Shown here one piece after another: positions 12,109-23,291 of a DNA stretch of 64,000 nt. The position numbers and the translations under genes were made by a program. The notes under the pieces were generated by a model that saw only the letters and a program-made list of their open reading frames with translations, made no database searches and was not told the origin of the DNA. Position 1 is the stretch's first letter. Each line of letters begins with the position of its first letter. Source of the stretch: Pseudovirgaria hyperparasitica (lineage: Eukaryota); the NCBI GenBank assembly GCA_010093815.1, contig ML996576.1. One strand, given 5' to 3'.

Positions 12109-13979
12109 GTTTCAACTCCGTCTGAACGTCACCTGCATGAAACACGGATGATAGATTTTATATAGAGGCATAAACACTTAAGTGTCAGAATATGCATTTG
12201 TTTGTTGCCGTAAATTACCCAATTAGTATTAAATTGCGCCCTATTATGTGCGAACGTGGATGGATCTCAGGACGCCCGCTACAGAATAGCAAACACATAG
12301 TGATATATGTCCGAGGTAGACTCTCACGCTCAGGAGGCTTTCAGCACTCAAACCTCCCATTTCATACATGCAGCGAGCGAGACCAATTTGTCCGTGTTCT
12401 CATGAAACATATCCTACAACGCTCGCAAAAAAGGCACTAATTCAAGTCTAATCAAGAAACAGACATGCACATATGTGTATCTCTTCCACACGAATGTCTA
12501 TAATGCCACTCTGTAAAACACTCACGGGGCATCCGTAAAGCATATATATTCAGAGACCTTACCACTATCGCCAATAGTATGATCTGCTGGTCGCTACAAA
12601 AAAATAAGCAACGGAGGTTGTATACCGTAGTGGGGCATATGGTCTGAAACAATGGTATGTATTGCTGATTTCGCCTTGCTGTTCCACCCTTTGTGTAGAT
12701 AATGGTATGTCCCCATTGTTCCGCTCACCTATCTCACGTGTATGAAAATCTACTGTGAAGACAGTCCTCGATGTTAGTTGGACTTCACACTGACGTTTCA
12801 GGGGTCGTTGGGTATCATGGTTCATGCAGTCGTGTACGTGAAGTCCATGTGAAGACTTCACCAGAAGACCAGAGTAGTGGATATAGCTTCCGCGGCTGGA
12901 AGTTCGTTCGCCAACATCGTCTTCATGCAAAGCTAGTAATATTTTAAGGACACCGCAGATGCAGCTAGGGAGATGAACGGATAGATGTGCAGTCATAGTG
13001 TCGGTATCTGAAGGTCGTTAGTTAAAAGGTGTATCATAGCGCCCCTTACGTATTCAATGCTTTTACGATATGACTCTAGATCTAGATATTTGGACAAAAT
13101 AGATGCTTATGTGACACGACATGATGTGCCTTGAGGAGAATTGTCGTCGATTTTTGAAGGCTAGTGCTGTATTTGAGATCTTGAGACTGTAATTTGGAGC
13201 AGTTAGAACTCGTCTGAATCCTTTAGAGACGCTGATATTCTCCACAGTGAGCATTTACATCTTGACCCACGCCGTGGCGTTGCCCAGCAGGGGCGTAACA
13301 CTCACGACTGTGCAACTTTTGTCCTGGAAGAAGGACTGTGCAACGCGAGGCGATCATCATGCATCCTTGAAGTGTTCCTGGAAACACCGTGCATGCTGTT
13401 GTACTTTAGTGGTGCTGTCATACGTCGTTATTTCCAGTTGCAGGTAATGCGCCACTTAACTTACAGCTACAGACATGACACCTGCGATTGGGACAAGTGA
13501 TCTAAAGGAGGCTGACAGCGACCTAGTGAGATTGGAACCATATTTGATGCGCCTAACGCTGTCCTAGGGCTGGATATGTTACTGTCTACGCATGGAGAGC
13601 GCATGCTCGACAATCCACCCCTATGGTCATTTTGAGGCGCAAAGTGGTCGTAATCCAACCAAGGCTGGATGGGGAAATGGAGGTCATCCAGAATACGATA
13701 TTAACATTAACGGTGTACACGCTTCCTTATCACTCAGAGATCAATTACCAGATTCGTTGAGCCACATGCACTCTGCCGTCAACTGCAAGCAGAGAGCGTG
13801 GTGCCCGGCATCGCCGGGGTGAGGTATGATCGAGATACGAGCAATGCCTCGACGGCCCTTGTACGGTGATACTTCAAGATATTGTCACTAGGTGATAGTG
13901 AGACATTGAAGTGTAAGTGAATTTGATGAGTTCGGCGGCAAAGTGGGTCTGGGACAGATTAGTTGGCGGTGACATACAG

Positions 13980-13986
13980 ATATAAA
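13980..13986 (+). promoter_or_regulatory. Candidate TATA box of the HypX-like gene
   Basis: ATATAAA about 75 nt upstream of ATG 14058. Confidence 0.4.
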
Positions 13987-14057
13987 CATGTCTGCACTGG
14001 TAAGAGCGTTCGTCTTGTCCAAGCCCTACCTTCTTTCAGGACAAGTTTTCAGCGAAA

Positions 14058-16241
14058 ATGAGAATTCTCTTCCTCTGTACAGCTCACAACTCGCTCTCGC
14101 AGCGTCTTTACCTTGCCTTGTCACCGTCTCATGATGTTACCATCGAACTTGCCATATCCGAAGATGTCATGATCACTGCTGCTGAGCTTGCTCGACCTGA
14201 TGTCGTCATTTGTCCTTTCCTCACAGCGCGAGTACCGAAAGTCATCTATGACAATTACACTACGCTCATTGTGCATCCGGGGCCTCCTGGAGATGTTGGA
14301 CCCAGTGCATTGGATTGGGTTCTGTTGGGCGACGATGGTAGCATCGAAAACGCGACAGAGCTACTCAAAATACTCGATAATAGCCCACCTCGGCCGGGAC
14401 GCACACATTGGGGTGTCACGGTGTTGCAAGCTATCGAAGAGTTTGACGCTGGTCCTGTGTGGGCCTTCGAGCAATTTCCTCTTGACATCGATGAACGAGG
14501 CCTCACTAAGTCTAGCTTATACCGAGGACCAGTTTCTAGGGCGGCGATCTCCTCTGTTTTGGTGGCTGTTTCACGGATCCAGGAGACAGCACGAGTCTCA
14601 GCCGAAGGCCGTCCCTGTGTCTTTCACAAAGCTTCCCCAGATTTCAGGCATTTGTCAATCGAGAACCGTCTACCGTTTCAGGGTGGGAGGTTGTTCCACA
14701 GGCCACTGCTGAAGGCAGCACAGCGTAACTTCGATGTAACCAGGCACACAGCACAACAAATCTCACGACGTATCAGATGTGGCGACTCACAGCCTGGTGC
14801 TCTCAGTAACCTGTTCGGTCTTGGCTTGTACCTATACGGCGGTCTTGTCGATGAGACACCAGGTGGACCCAATTCAGGAGTTATGCCTGCCGCCTCACCT
14901 GGTACTATAGTTGGCATTCGCAACGACGCTCTATGCATCACTACATGCGATGGGAAGGGCGTGTGGATCTCACATATTCGCAGGGTCAAGAAGTCATCTG
15001 ATGTTGCCCTTTGGCCCAAAATTCCAGCAGTGTCTGGGCTCCTCGAGCTCGGACTCCTTGACATCTATGAGATCGAAAATTTATACTGGTCCGCACCGCC
15101 TGACTGGTCTAGATCGCCATTTGCTACGATGCAGGATGTCTGGGTAGAATTATCGACGTATAATGACTCGTGCTTGGTAGCATATCTGCACTGGGAGTTC
15201 TATAACGGAGCTATGTCGTCATCTCAGTGTTCGCGTCTCGTCGAAGCTATGGACTACATTCTGAGCACTTCTACACCAAAGAGGCCAATCCATGCTGTCG
15301 TGCTCATGGGTGGATCCTATTTCAGCAATGGTATAGATTTAAATGTCATAGAGGCTAGCCAAAGTCCTGCTGAGGAAAGCTGGATTAACATCAATCGTAT
15401 CGACGATGTTGTCCAGTACCTGCTACTGGAGTTCCCTCGACGGAATGTCTTGACCATCGGGGCTCTGCGAGGTAACGCCGCCGCCGGTGGTGTCGCCTTA
15501 GCTGCAGCTTGCGACGTGGTTATTGCCGGCTCCGAGATCGTGTTGAGCCCAGCATATCGAGGCGTTGGGCTGTATGGCTCAGAATACCATACGATTTCGT
15601 ACCCAGGGCGCTGTGGCGCACACAAAGCTAAAGAGATTCTGCAGTCTATGACTCCAATGAGCCCATTTGAAGCGCGTTGTGTTGGTCTTGTGGATCATGT
15701 TCTGATTGGCAGTGGCTTTGTCTTGGACGAGAAGATACGTACTCACGTACCATTCCTCTTGAAGTCTGTTTTGTCTGGACATGGGTTTTGGAAGTCTACG
15801 CAAGATCTCAGTGCAATGGCTCTTTCCAAAGCACGCACACTAGAGCTTTGCGAAATGTCCAAGGATTTCTTCAGCGCCCGATCCGTGCGTTACCATAGCC
15901 GCAGATTCAACTTCGTCAGGAAGGTGAAGAATCACCACACACCGCTTCGCTTTGCACGACATCGCCGCTTAAACAGCAGATGTCTCGACGAGGAGGAAAA
16001 GGACTCGTTCGACGATGTTCGGTACTATCAACGTCAAACCGAGTATGACTTGGTGACCAGGCTCGAGGCTGAATTGCAAAACCGGGAAGTGGATTCAAGC
16101 CAGAGCAAGGTAGAAATCTTGAAGAAGGCTGCCGAGCCACTCTTCTCATGCTACTACAAAGCGGTTGATGAAGTTTTCACTCCGCCACGATCGCCTTCAG
16201 CATCACACGAGGAGACGGCGAAGAATGAGGTGCCCATTTGA
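14058..16241 (+). CDS. hoxX: HypX/HoxX-like protein: N-terminal formyltransferase domain plus C-terminal enoyl-CoA hydratase/crotonase domain
   Basis: Intronless 727-aa ORF with MRILFLCTAHNSLSQRLY, IVHPGPPGDVGPSALDW, EEFDAGPVWA, TKSSLYR, GDSQPG, FYNGAMSSSQC, FSNGIDLNVIE, GNAAAGG..LA.A.D, LYGSEYHT. This is the HypX motif order. Confidence 0.9.
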   Translation: MRILFLCTAHNSLSQRLYLALSPSHDVTIELAISEDVMITAAELARPDVVICPFLTARVPKVIYDNYTTLIVHPGPPGDVGPSALDWVLLGDDGSIENATELLKILDNSPPRPGRTHWGVTVLQAIEEFDAGPVWAFEQFPLDIDERGLTKSSLYRGPVSRAAISSVLVAVSRIQETARVSAEGRPCVFHKASPDFRHLSIENRLPFQGGRLFHRPLLKAAQRNFDVTRHTAQQISRRIRCGDSQPGALSNLFGLGLYLYGGLVDETPGGPNSGVMPAASPGTIVGIRNDALCITTCDGKGVWISHIRRVKKSSDVALWPKIPAVSGLLELGLLDIYEIENLYWSAPPDWSRSPFATMQDVWVELSTYNDSCLVAYLHWEFYNGAMSSSQCSRLVEAMDYILSTSTPKRPIHAVVLMGGSYFSNGIDLNVIEASQSPAEESWININRIDDVVQYLLLEFPRRNVLTIGALRGNAAAGGVALAAACDVVIAGSEIVLSPAYRGVGLYGSEYHTISYPGRCGAHKAKEILQSMTPMSPFEARCVGLVDHVLIGSGFVLDEKIRTHVPFLLKSVLSGHGFWKSTQDLSAMALSKARTLELCEMSKDFFSARSVRYHSRRFNFVRKVKNHHTPLRFARHRRLNSRCLDEEEKDSFDDVRYYQRQTEYDLVTRLEAELQNREVDSSQSKVEILKKAAEPLFSCYYKAVDEVFTPPRSPSASHEETAKNEVPI

Positions 16242-16923
16242 GGACCGACTTCGCTGAAGCAGCATTTCTTTCCTGATTAATCGGCTCAGTGGTTAGATTC
16301 GGCATCCAAATTTGTCATTATGGAGTCCCTTTGGCGCTTTAGTCGATGGGAGAAGGGCTGTGGAGTCGTTTCAGAAATGTTGAGACCTGAGATGAACCGT
16401 GGAGGTTGGCATTTTTGTTCGCAGGCGTTTCACAACGGTTCATGGATTACGTCACGCACTTTACCTCATCTACGCATTTTCTACTTCGGCAAGCACAAAA
16501 CGCCTTTGTTTTACTCTAACATGTTCTTCGCCGGGATATAGATGACATGTCTCCAATCATGTGACTGGGGGTGGGTCAATTATCTGCATTTCACCAGACG
16601 ATCTCCAAGTCACAACTGCTCATAGTGTGCGACATCATGTGATATATTTAGTTGCCATAATAGTACAAAAATGATTGCCCTAAAGCGAAATCAAGGAACC
16701 TGCTAGTTTACCAAATACAATTTAATCATATCGTGAACATATTTGCTCAATAAAGCCATAAGACCAGACTCGATACACCGGTGGCTTTTGAGCTATCCGT
16801 TCTGACCGTCACATCTTTGATTCCAAATGTGCAAGCGCAACATCCTTTTTGTTGTGCAAATTCACCAAGACGGTATGTTCTAAGCAATAGCGTTAGTTCA
16901 TTTGTATCAAGGATCACCTGCAC

Positions 16924-17409
16924 CTAGCTACACACACCTCTCCCAGTCTTGGTGCTCTTCATTTTAAGGGCATATGTTGCCACTTTCTTCACTTTTCTAC
17001 AATGCTCTGGCTGAAGCTCGTTTGATAATGGACTACCTGTGGATGACCTATTCGGTCGGTCCCATTCTCGTCCGCACCAGTCCTTGCTCAGTTCCATTGC
17101 TGGTATCGACTCGGGTCTAGTTTTCGTTACTCTGGACACGCTCGTAGTATTGTAATCGGAATCCTCAACATGGACGTCATCGTCCGCGTACTGAGATACT
17201 GGAGAACCGGGCGAACTGTCAGTGCTGTCGGCCGACTCATCGGCGACAAGCTCAGGCGTAGAGTCACAAGCTGAAAATGGACTGAATCTTGAGTTTCGTG
17301 TGGCCTTTTGCTCGGTCGACGTTGTTGCGTAATATGATGTGTTTTGACGCCAACTGACCTCATCTGAGGAGCTCCAAGGGAGTGACATATTTGATTGTAA
17401 GGTAGCCAT
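16924..17409 (-). CDS. Orphan Ser/Asp-rich hypothetical protein
   Basis: 161-aa ORF with good start context (cgccATGG) and TATATA about 110 nt upstream; no recognisable domain. Confidence 0.4.
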   Translation of the reverse strand: MATLQSNMSLPWSSSDEVSWRQNTSYYATTSTEQKATRNSRFSPFSACDSTPELVADESADSTDSSPGSPVSQYADDDVHVEDSDYNTTSVSRVTKTRPESIPAMELSKDWCGREWDRPNRSSTGSPLSNELQPEHCRKVKKVATYALKMKSTKTGRGVCS

Positions 17410-18190
17410 GGCGTTTCGCGATGGATTTTGTCGGGAGGGGGCAAGACGTGATCAGTAGACTGGAAGATTCGAAGGCAAGCTTCAAGGTCGACGTAACACA
17501 TATATGAGGCCCGGCAGGTATATAAGTCTGTGTGGTTATTGTAGTTCATGCTGCTAAAGGCATCCAACTAGAACGGAGCAATCCTGTAGGCCACGAGTGA
17601 GGTACGATGAAACATAACACCTTACCTACCCGAATGAGCATAAGCCATGGGTCATATCATGCAGGAAGAGCACGATCCGTGCCACAGTTTAGTATGATAC
17701 AGCCGAACTACCAGTCTCTGAAGTGTGTGTACCTACACCATGAATGCCGATCAAACCATGGATGCACGTTGTGATCGACTGCTCGCCACGAAGCATGGAA
17801 TAGAATGATCGCCCAGGTTCGGTCCGCGGTTCCGCGGCGAATTATCTCTGCGATGGACGATTCTGGTTTCTTTTCTTACATTCCGCTGTGCTCGATGGAC
17901 GCACACAGAGTGCTGCCAATGAGCTCGTCGGAAGTTCTGTGCAAGTATAAGGCATGCATGATGTTGCCAAAGGACGTGACAAGATTTCCTTTCGAAGACG
18001 ATATTCTTGACTCACGTGATCTGCACAAATTGTACAATTTTGTGCCGAGGTTAGGATAATTTGCATAACATCATCGTCAACGAATTCCATGTATACCGTA
18101 TACCTATATATGATATTAATAATTCTACCAGGAAGACACTATGGGTAACTTCCTGACTCCAACTCGACGCTTTCAATCAAACATCGCATC

Positions 18191-19000
18191 ATGCCTTTGT
18201 GCACGCTGTATCTTGTTGAGCTTCAAGCATCATCTTCAATCAGATCCTTTGTCTCGTCACTAGAACAGAAACCGTTTCTAATTGCACGACCACTTCGATG
18301 GATCATTCGTCCTCACACTCAAACGGCTTCGCGTGACATCTTACTATCTCATGCATGGTCCGTTCTTGTCGTGATACCTGGCTCAGCGTCCAGTCTCTCA
18401 CAGGCGTCCAGTCAACACACAAAGACCTCATGGCACATCGTTGCTGGTATTCCGAGCGCTGTACTTAAATCGTTTGAGAGGGACAACTCTTCGCTCCTGA
18501 AACCAAATAAAGAAGATATTGCCCAACTTACGGGCTCACTTGACAAGCCAAAGATGGCGTCTGACTCTCAGAATTTGGAGCTGAGCGACGACGTCCTCAA
18601 ATGGATGAAAGAATACAGCAATGGGAAGCCAAGCGGAGGGGGTGCTGTCTCAATGCTAAATCTACTTGCCTTCAACCCCGGCAAAGACATGCTTGAATCG
18701 TATAGGCAGTATGGTCAGGCATTCGCGAAAAGTGCGGGCAGCAGGCGTGGCGGAAAAGCCAAGATCGTCGGAACTGTTGTTGCTGATGAAGGAGCTGTCA
18801 AAGATTGGGATGAGGTTGCTATAGCACACTACCCCTCTGCATGGCATTTCGCGGATATGGCAGCCAGTGAAGACTATCAGGAGGCGAATCATCGCTACAG
18901 ACTCCCTGCTTTGAGGGATACATGCATCCTCGCAACGACAGAGATCAGACTGGAGGAAGAAGGGATTGGTTTGAGTAAAGACGCAAGCGCAAAGCTCTAG
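18191..19000 (+). CDS. DUF1330-like protein with C-terminal PTS1 (-AKL)
   Basis: Intronless 269 aa. VSMLNLLAF...Y.QYG...GG.AKIVG...WDEVAIAHYPS..HFADM..SEDYQ..N..R pattern; ends SAKL. Confidence 0.75.
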   Translation: MPLCTLYLVELQASSSIRSFVSSLEQKPFLIARPLRWIIRPHTQTASRDILLSHAWSVLVVIPGSASSLSQASSQHTKTSWHIVAGIPSAVLKSFERDNSSLLKPNKEDIAQLTGSLDKPKMASDSQNLELSDDVLKWMKEYSNGKPSGGGAVSMLNLLAFNPGKDMLESYRQYGQAFAKSAGSRRGGKAKIVGTVVADEGAVKDWDEVAIAHYPSAWHFADMAASEDYQEANHRYRLPALRDTCILATTEIRLEEEGIGLSKDASAKL

Positions 19001-19762
19001 AGGGATAGTAAATCACGTTATTCACTGTATCTGATGCCGTCTATAAGCGCTAAATTGCGCTCGTAGGCTTTAGCTACATATACATAAGCTGATTGCATTA
19101 AATGAACGAATTCAGATAGAGTTCTTAAGTTTCTCCTAACTCCATCAATTCGAGCGTCGATGCAGTCTCTATAGATGATTCATTTCATGCATAGCAATTT
19201 TCTGCGTCGTATCCAGGATCTATGTCAAATGATCTCTGGAGTCAGCTCAGCTCCACTAACGGGTGCAGATCACTGATCTTGAGCATGTACTTGAGCGTAA
19301 CCTCTTCGTGGCCGCTATGCCACCTGCTTAATGCTCCTTCCACAAGGAATTGAGTTCCCACACACAACAAATATAACAAACACTCCTACGATTGAGATAC
19401 GAATCACAGCTGCAGCACTGGATTCCTACAACTTCTCTATGCAGTGCACTACTCACACCGAAATGGCACATCTCCACAATGAAGATACCGAACTGAGCCC
19501 TGAGTCTTGTTTCAGAAGCTCAGAGGAGTAACAAATTAGATATGCATATTGCTGAGACTCTTGTTTTGCCCGAGTATGATTTATACAGATAGGGTTAAGA
19601 TGTTCAGCTCAAGATCGCCATGAGAAAGGAGAGTCATCATAATGTCGCCCTAAATCGGACCACGCCATGATGATCAGAGCAAAACGACAATCCTCTGCTG
19701 CTCGATATACACTGCACCTAACTCACATACACACACCAGCTTGCAGCTCCTACCCAAACCCT

Positions 19763-20727
19763 CTAGACCGCCAACGTAACCTTCAACAAATCCCTTTCCA
19801 CAATCTCCCCGCTCCTCGCCTCCAACTCATCCATATCCCACGTAACATTCACATACCTTCCACCCACCCACGCCCTCTTCTCACTCGTCACCCAAACCAA
19901 CGTATGTGCCGCAATCTCCTCACTATCCACAAACACCCTCTCCAACACACCCCCACTCACACCCTCCTTCCCACCCACAATATCCGTCGGCACATTCCCC
20001 GGATGAATACAAAACGTCGTGAGCCCCTTCCCGCCATACTCAGCATCGATATGCATGCACAACTTCGCCAACGCCGCCTTCCCCGTCTGATACGCCGACA
20101 GTGTCGGACTGGCACACCACGCACCCACAGACGACACAAACGCCAGATATGCGCGCGGCGACGCCAGTAGCAGCGGTACAAATGCACGCGCCACGAGCAT
20201 GGGCGCCAGCACGTGCAGGCGCATCTCATCCCACCAGGTGTCCGGGTCGCTGTCCGCGAGCAGGCTGCGGTTAAGGATGGCGCCGGCGGAGTGCACAACA
20301 ATATCGATGCGGCCAAATTGTGAGGTGATGGCGTGGGCGGCGGCGTCGACGCTGGTACGCGAGGTGACGTCGACGGTTAAGGGAAGGAATTGCGGTGCTG
20401 GGTGGCCGGCCGATGTTGCTGCGGAGGCGATGAGGGGTGCGAGGTGGGAGAGCGAGGAGCGAGCGCCGGCGGCAATGTAGGATGCGCCTGCGGATGCGTA
20501 GGAGAGGGCCATGGAGCGGCCGAGGCCTTTGGATGCGCCGATTATGAAGACGGCGAGGCCGTTGTAGTTGAAGTTTGAGGGGGAGATGGCCGGGTAGGTG
20601 TCGCTGTGGATGGTTTGTGTTGTGGTGTAGTCCCCTGAAAGTCAGTAAGCGGGAACTGGAGGTTTTGAATAGGGGCATTAATACCTGGTCCTTCAAGAGG
20701 GTTGGGAGTTCCTTTTGGTGGTGGCAT
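19763..20727 (-). CDS. Short-chain dehydrogenase/reductase
   Basis: Exon 1 MPPPKGTPNPLEGPG, intron about 20684-20635, then HSDTYPAI..IIGASKGLGRS (Rossmann motif), VSSVGA, AYQTGK (YxxxK), IHPGNVPT. Confidence 0.9.
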
Positions 20728-21236
20728 GTCTGGCGTTTATTGCTATGCGTGATGGGTGAAAGATGCGATGCTCGTGAAGCCTTTACTTAATTCTATACAG
20801 AGCTTCTTGATTTTTATTGTCTGAAGGTCTATGCCAAGTGAAAAGTCCGGCTGTCCTTATAGCTTCGTGAAGTTTGCATGAATAAGGTCCCTATACTTTG
20901 ACATAGTTATTGATAGCGGTGATAGGGATTAGGAGAGTGTAACGCCGCTCTAGGAAGCGAAGCATTTTTAGTGTACATAGTCGTATGTGGCTACCGACTG
21001 AACTTTACCGGAGGCATACAGGGTCTGGAAACAAGCTCTCTTCGGCTGTAGTCTCACATAAGCAAGTCTAGATGGGCATCGTCGATCGGCGTTGGTAGAA
21101 TCGTGGGCAAGTATGATGAGATGACGACAGATTCAACCCATTTTTGACACATTGATTACAGGGGATTTCCAAACGCTGTTCTACGAAATGTCAACATATA
21201 CACAGCAAGTCGAGTTTTATTTACGTTTCAATATAT

Positions 21237-22754
21237 TTACAGTTTGGACTTGCCACCGGAGACGCGGTTAAGCTGCAAAACGTCCTTCTTCTCAAGACCA
21301 TACTGCTTTAGGAGTTCGTCACTCTTGGCCGCCTGAGCTTCGATTCTCGATTTGTGCGCTTTGCCCTTCTTGTTCTCGTTGCGGCCAAGCTGGAGTAGAT
21401 GCACCTCATCAGGCCCGTCAACAATACGCATCGTACGGCCAATAGAGTACATGTTGGCCAATGGTGTATCTTGGCATACACCAGCAGCACCGTAAGCCTG
21501 CATCGCCCAGTCGATGGTCTTCAGTAAAGTCTCTGGCACTTGGACCTTGACTTCGGCGATTTCCTTGAGCGCGCCCTTGGCATTGGTCTCATCGATCTTG
21601 ATCGCTGCGTTTAGCACAGCAAGACGTGCGGCATCAATGTCAATGCGGGAACGAGCAACACGGTCGAGCATCACACCGTGCTCAGACAGAAGCTTGCCGA
21701 AGGGCTTCTTCCTCTCGTCGCTCATGCGGGCGAGCATCCACTCGAGTGCCTTTTCCGCGGCGCCAACGCTGCGCATAGCGTGATGGATACGACCAGGTCC
21801 AAGACGTCCTTGGATAATCTCGAAGCCACGGCCGGGACCCATCACCATGTTGCTCACAGGTACGCGAACATTGTTGAAGACGATGTGACCGTGGCCGTGA
21901 GGAGCATCGTCAAAGCCCATGACAGAAAGCATACGCTTGATTGTGATACCGGGTGTGTCTGCGGGAACAAGGATGACGGATTGCTGTTTGTATGGCTTGG
22001 GGTTGTTTGGGTCTGACTTGCCCATGACGATATAGATCTGGCACCGAATATCACCAGCACCACTACTCCACCATTTCTTGTGCATAATTAGCTTTGATCT
22101 CACAAGGATAAGTAATGGAGAACTTACAGAGCCGTTCAATACCCACTCGTTGCCCTCCTGGCGCATACTCAAAGAAATGTTTGTCGCATCACTACTGGCA
22201 ATATCGGGCTCTGTCATCAAGAATGCACTCCTGATTTTGCCATCTAGCAGTGGCTCAAGCCACTTCTTCTTTTGCTCGGCAGTTCCGTACTTTGCCAAAA
22301 CCTCCATGTTACCAGTATCAGGAGCAGCGCAATTAGTCGCCTCGGGAGCTGTCCTACTTTTGCCGAGGTATTCCGCCATCAAACCATATTCCAGATTCGA
22401 GAAACCAGCTCCCTCACTGAAGTGTGCTTTGGGTAGGAACAAGTTCCACAGACCAAGTTTCTTCGCTTTAGCCTTAAGATCCTCTATGATCTGCGGATGA
22501 GAAGTGAAGCGTTCCTTAACACCAACGCCAATCTGCTGGTGGTATACAGTATCGGCCGGAATACATTCTTCCTCGACAAACTTCTCGACCTGATAGCGAT
22601 GTCAGTACACGAGCGCACGAACAAGATTGATGCTCGAGCATACCAGATCCAATGTCTTCTTAGCCCGTTCACTGACAAATGGACGAGCAATGACAGGAAT
22701 ACGTTCCGAGGCGGGGATGTAGCCCTTCTCGGAGTTGACCATCAGGGCAGACAT
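21237..22754 (-). CDS. Peroxisomal acyl-CoA dehydrogenase (ACAD10/11-like), PTS1 -SKL
   Basis: GLWNLFLP, NC.APDTGNMEVL, SAFLMTEP..ASSDATN, KWWSSGAG, QGRLGPGRIHHAMR, RIVDGPDEVH; two introns; ends SKL. Confidence 0.93.
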
Positions 22755-22938
22755 GATTGATAGAACGGGGCCGAATATATGGTGGAGAGGTTGGTAGGAA
22801 AATAGAATGGTAAGACAATGGCGAGGTCTGGAGGCTTAGATGTCCAGGGCAGCAGTATTTTTTACAGAAGGGGAGCGGTTAACGGTTGTTTCATAGAGCT
22901 CCCACTCCCCGCAGACTCCAGAAGCTGGAGACCGACAG

Positions 22939-22944
22939 CCGAGG
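22939..22944. promoter_or_regulatory. Candidate FarA/CTF1-type element CCGAGG upstream of the acyl-CoA dehydrogenase
   Basis: CCGAGG about 185 nt upstream of ATG 22754; SYGGRG (CreA-type) matches nearby. Confidence 0.45.
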
Positions 22945-23291
22945 CTCACGCTAGAAATAGAACGTTGTAATTAGTGTATACATAATTACATAGGTATGCC
23001 TCGCTTGTCCGCATACGGTTAGTTACCACACGGGCCGCCACATAAGTCTAGTCTGGAATGGTCATTGGGCGGATCATCGATAATATGCTTCGTTGGATAT
23101 GCGAGGCAGCTTGCGACCATTTGCGACTTTGTATCTACAGTATGCCCTCGGGAACGCCATGAATGCGACTCTGAATGCACTCTTCTTCGTTCCTTACCCA
23201 TGAGCAGAATAGCTTCACTGTACCTGTACACTTCGAATAGTAATACGAACTCCTGTCGCTCTCGGACAGTGCATAAAACCAGGCCTCTACA

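Noticed and set aside
12450..13830. Short ORFs or a possible gene relic upstream of HypX
   Set aside because: Could not be assigned to any family; no transposase, RT or terminal repeats seen.
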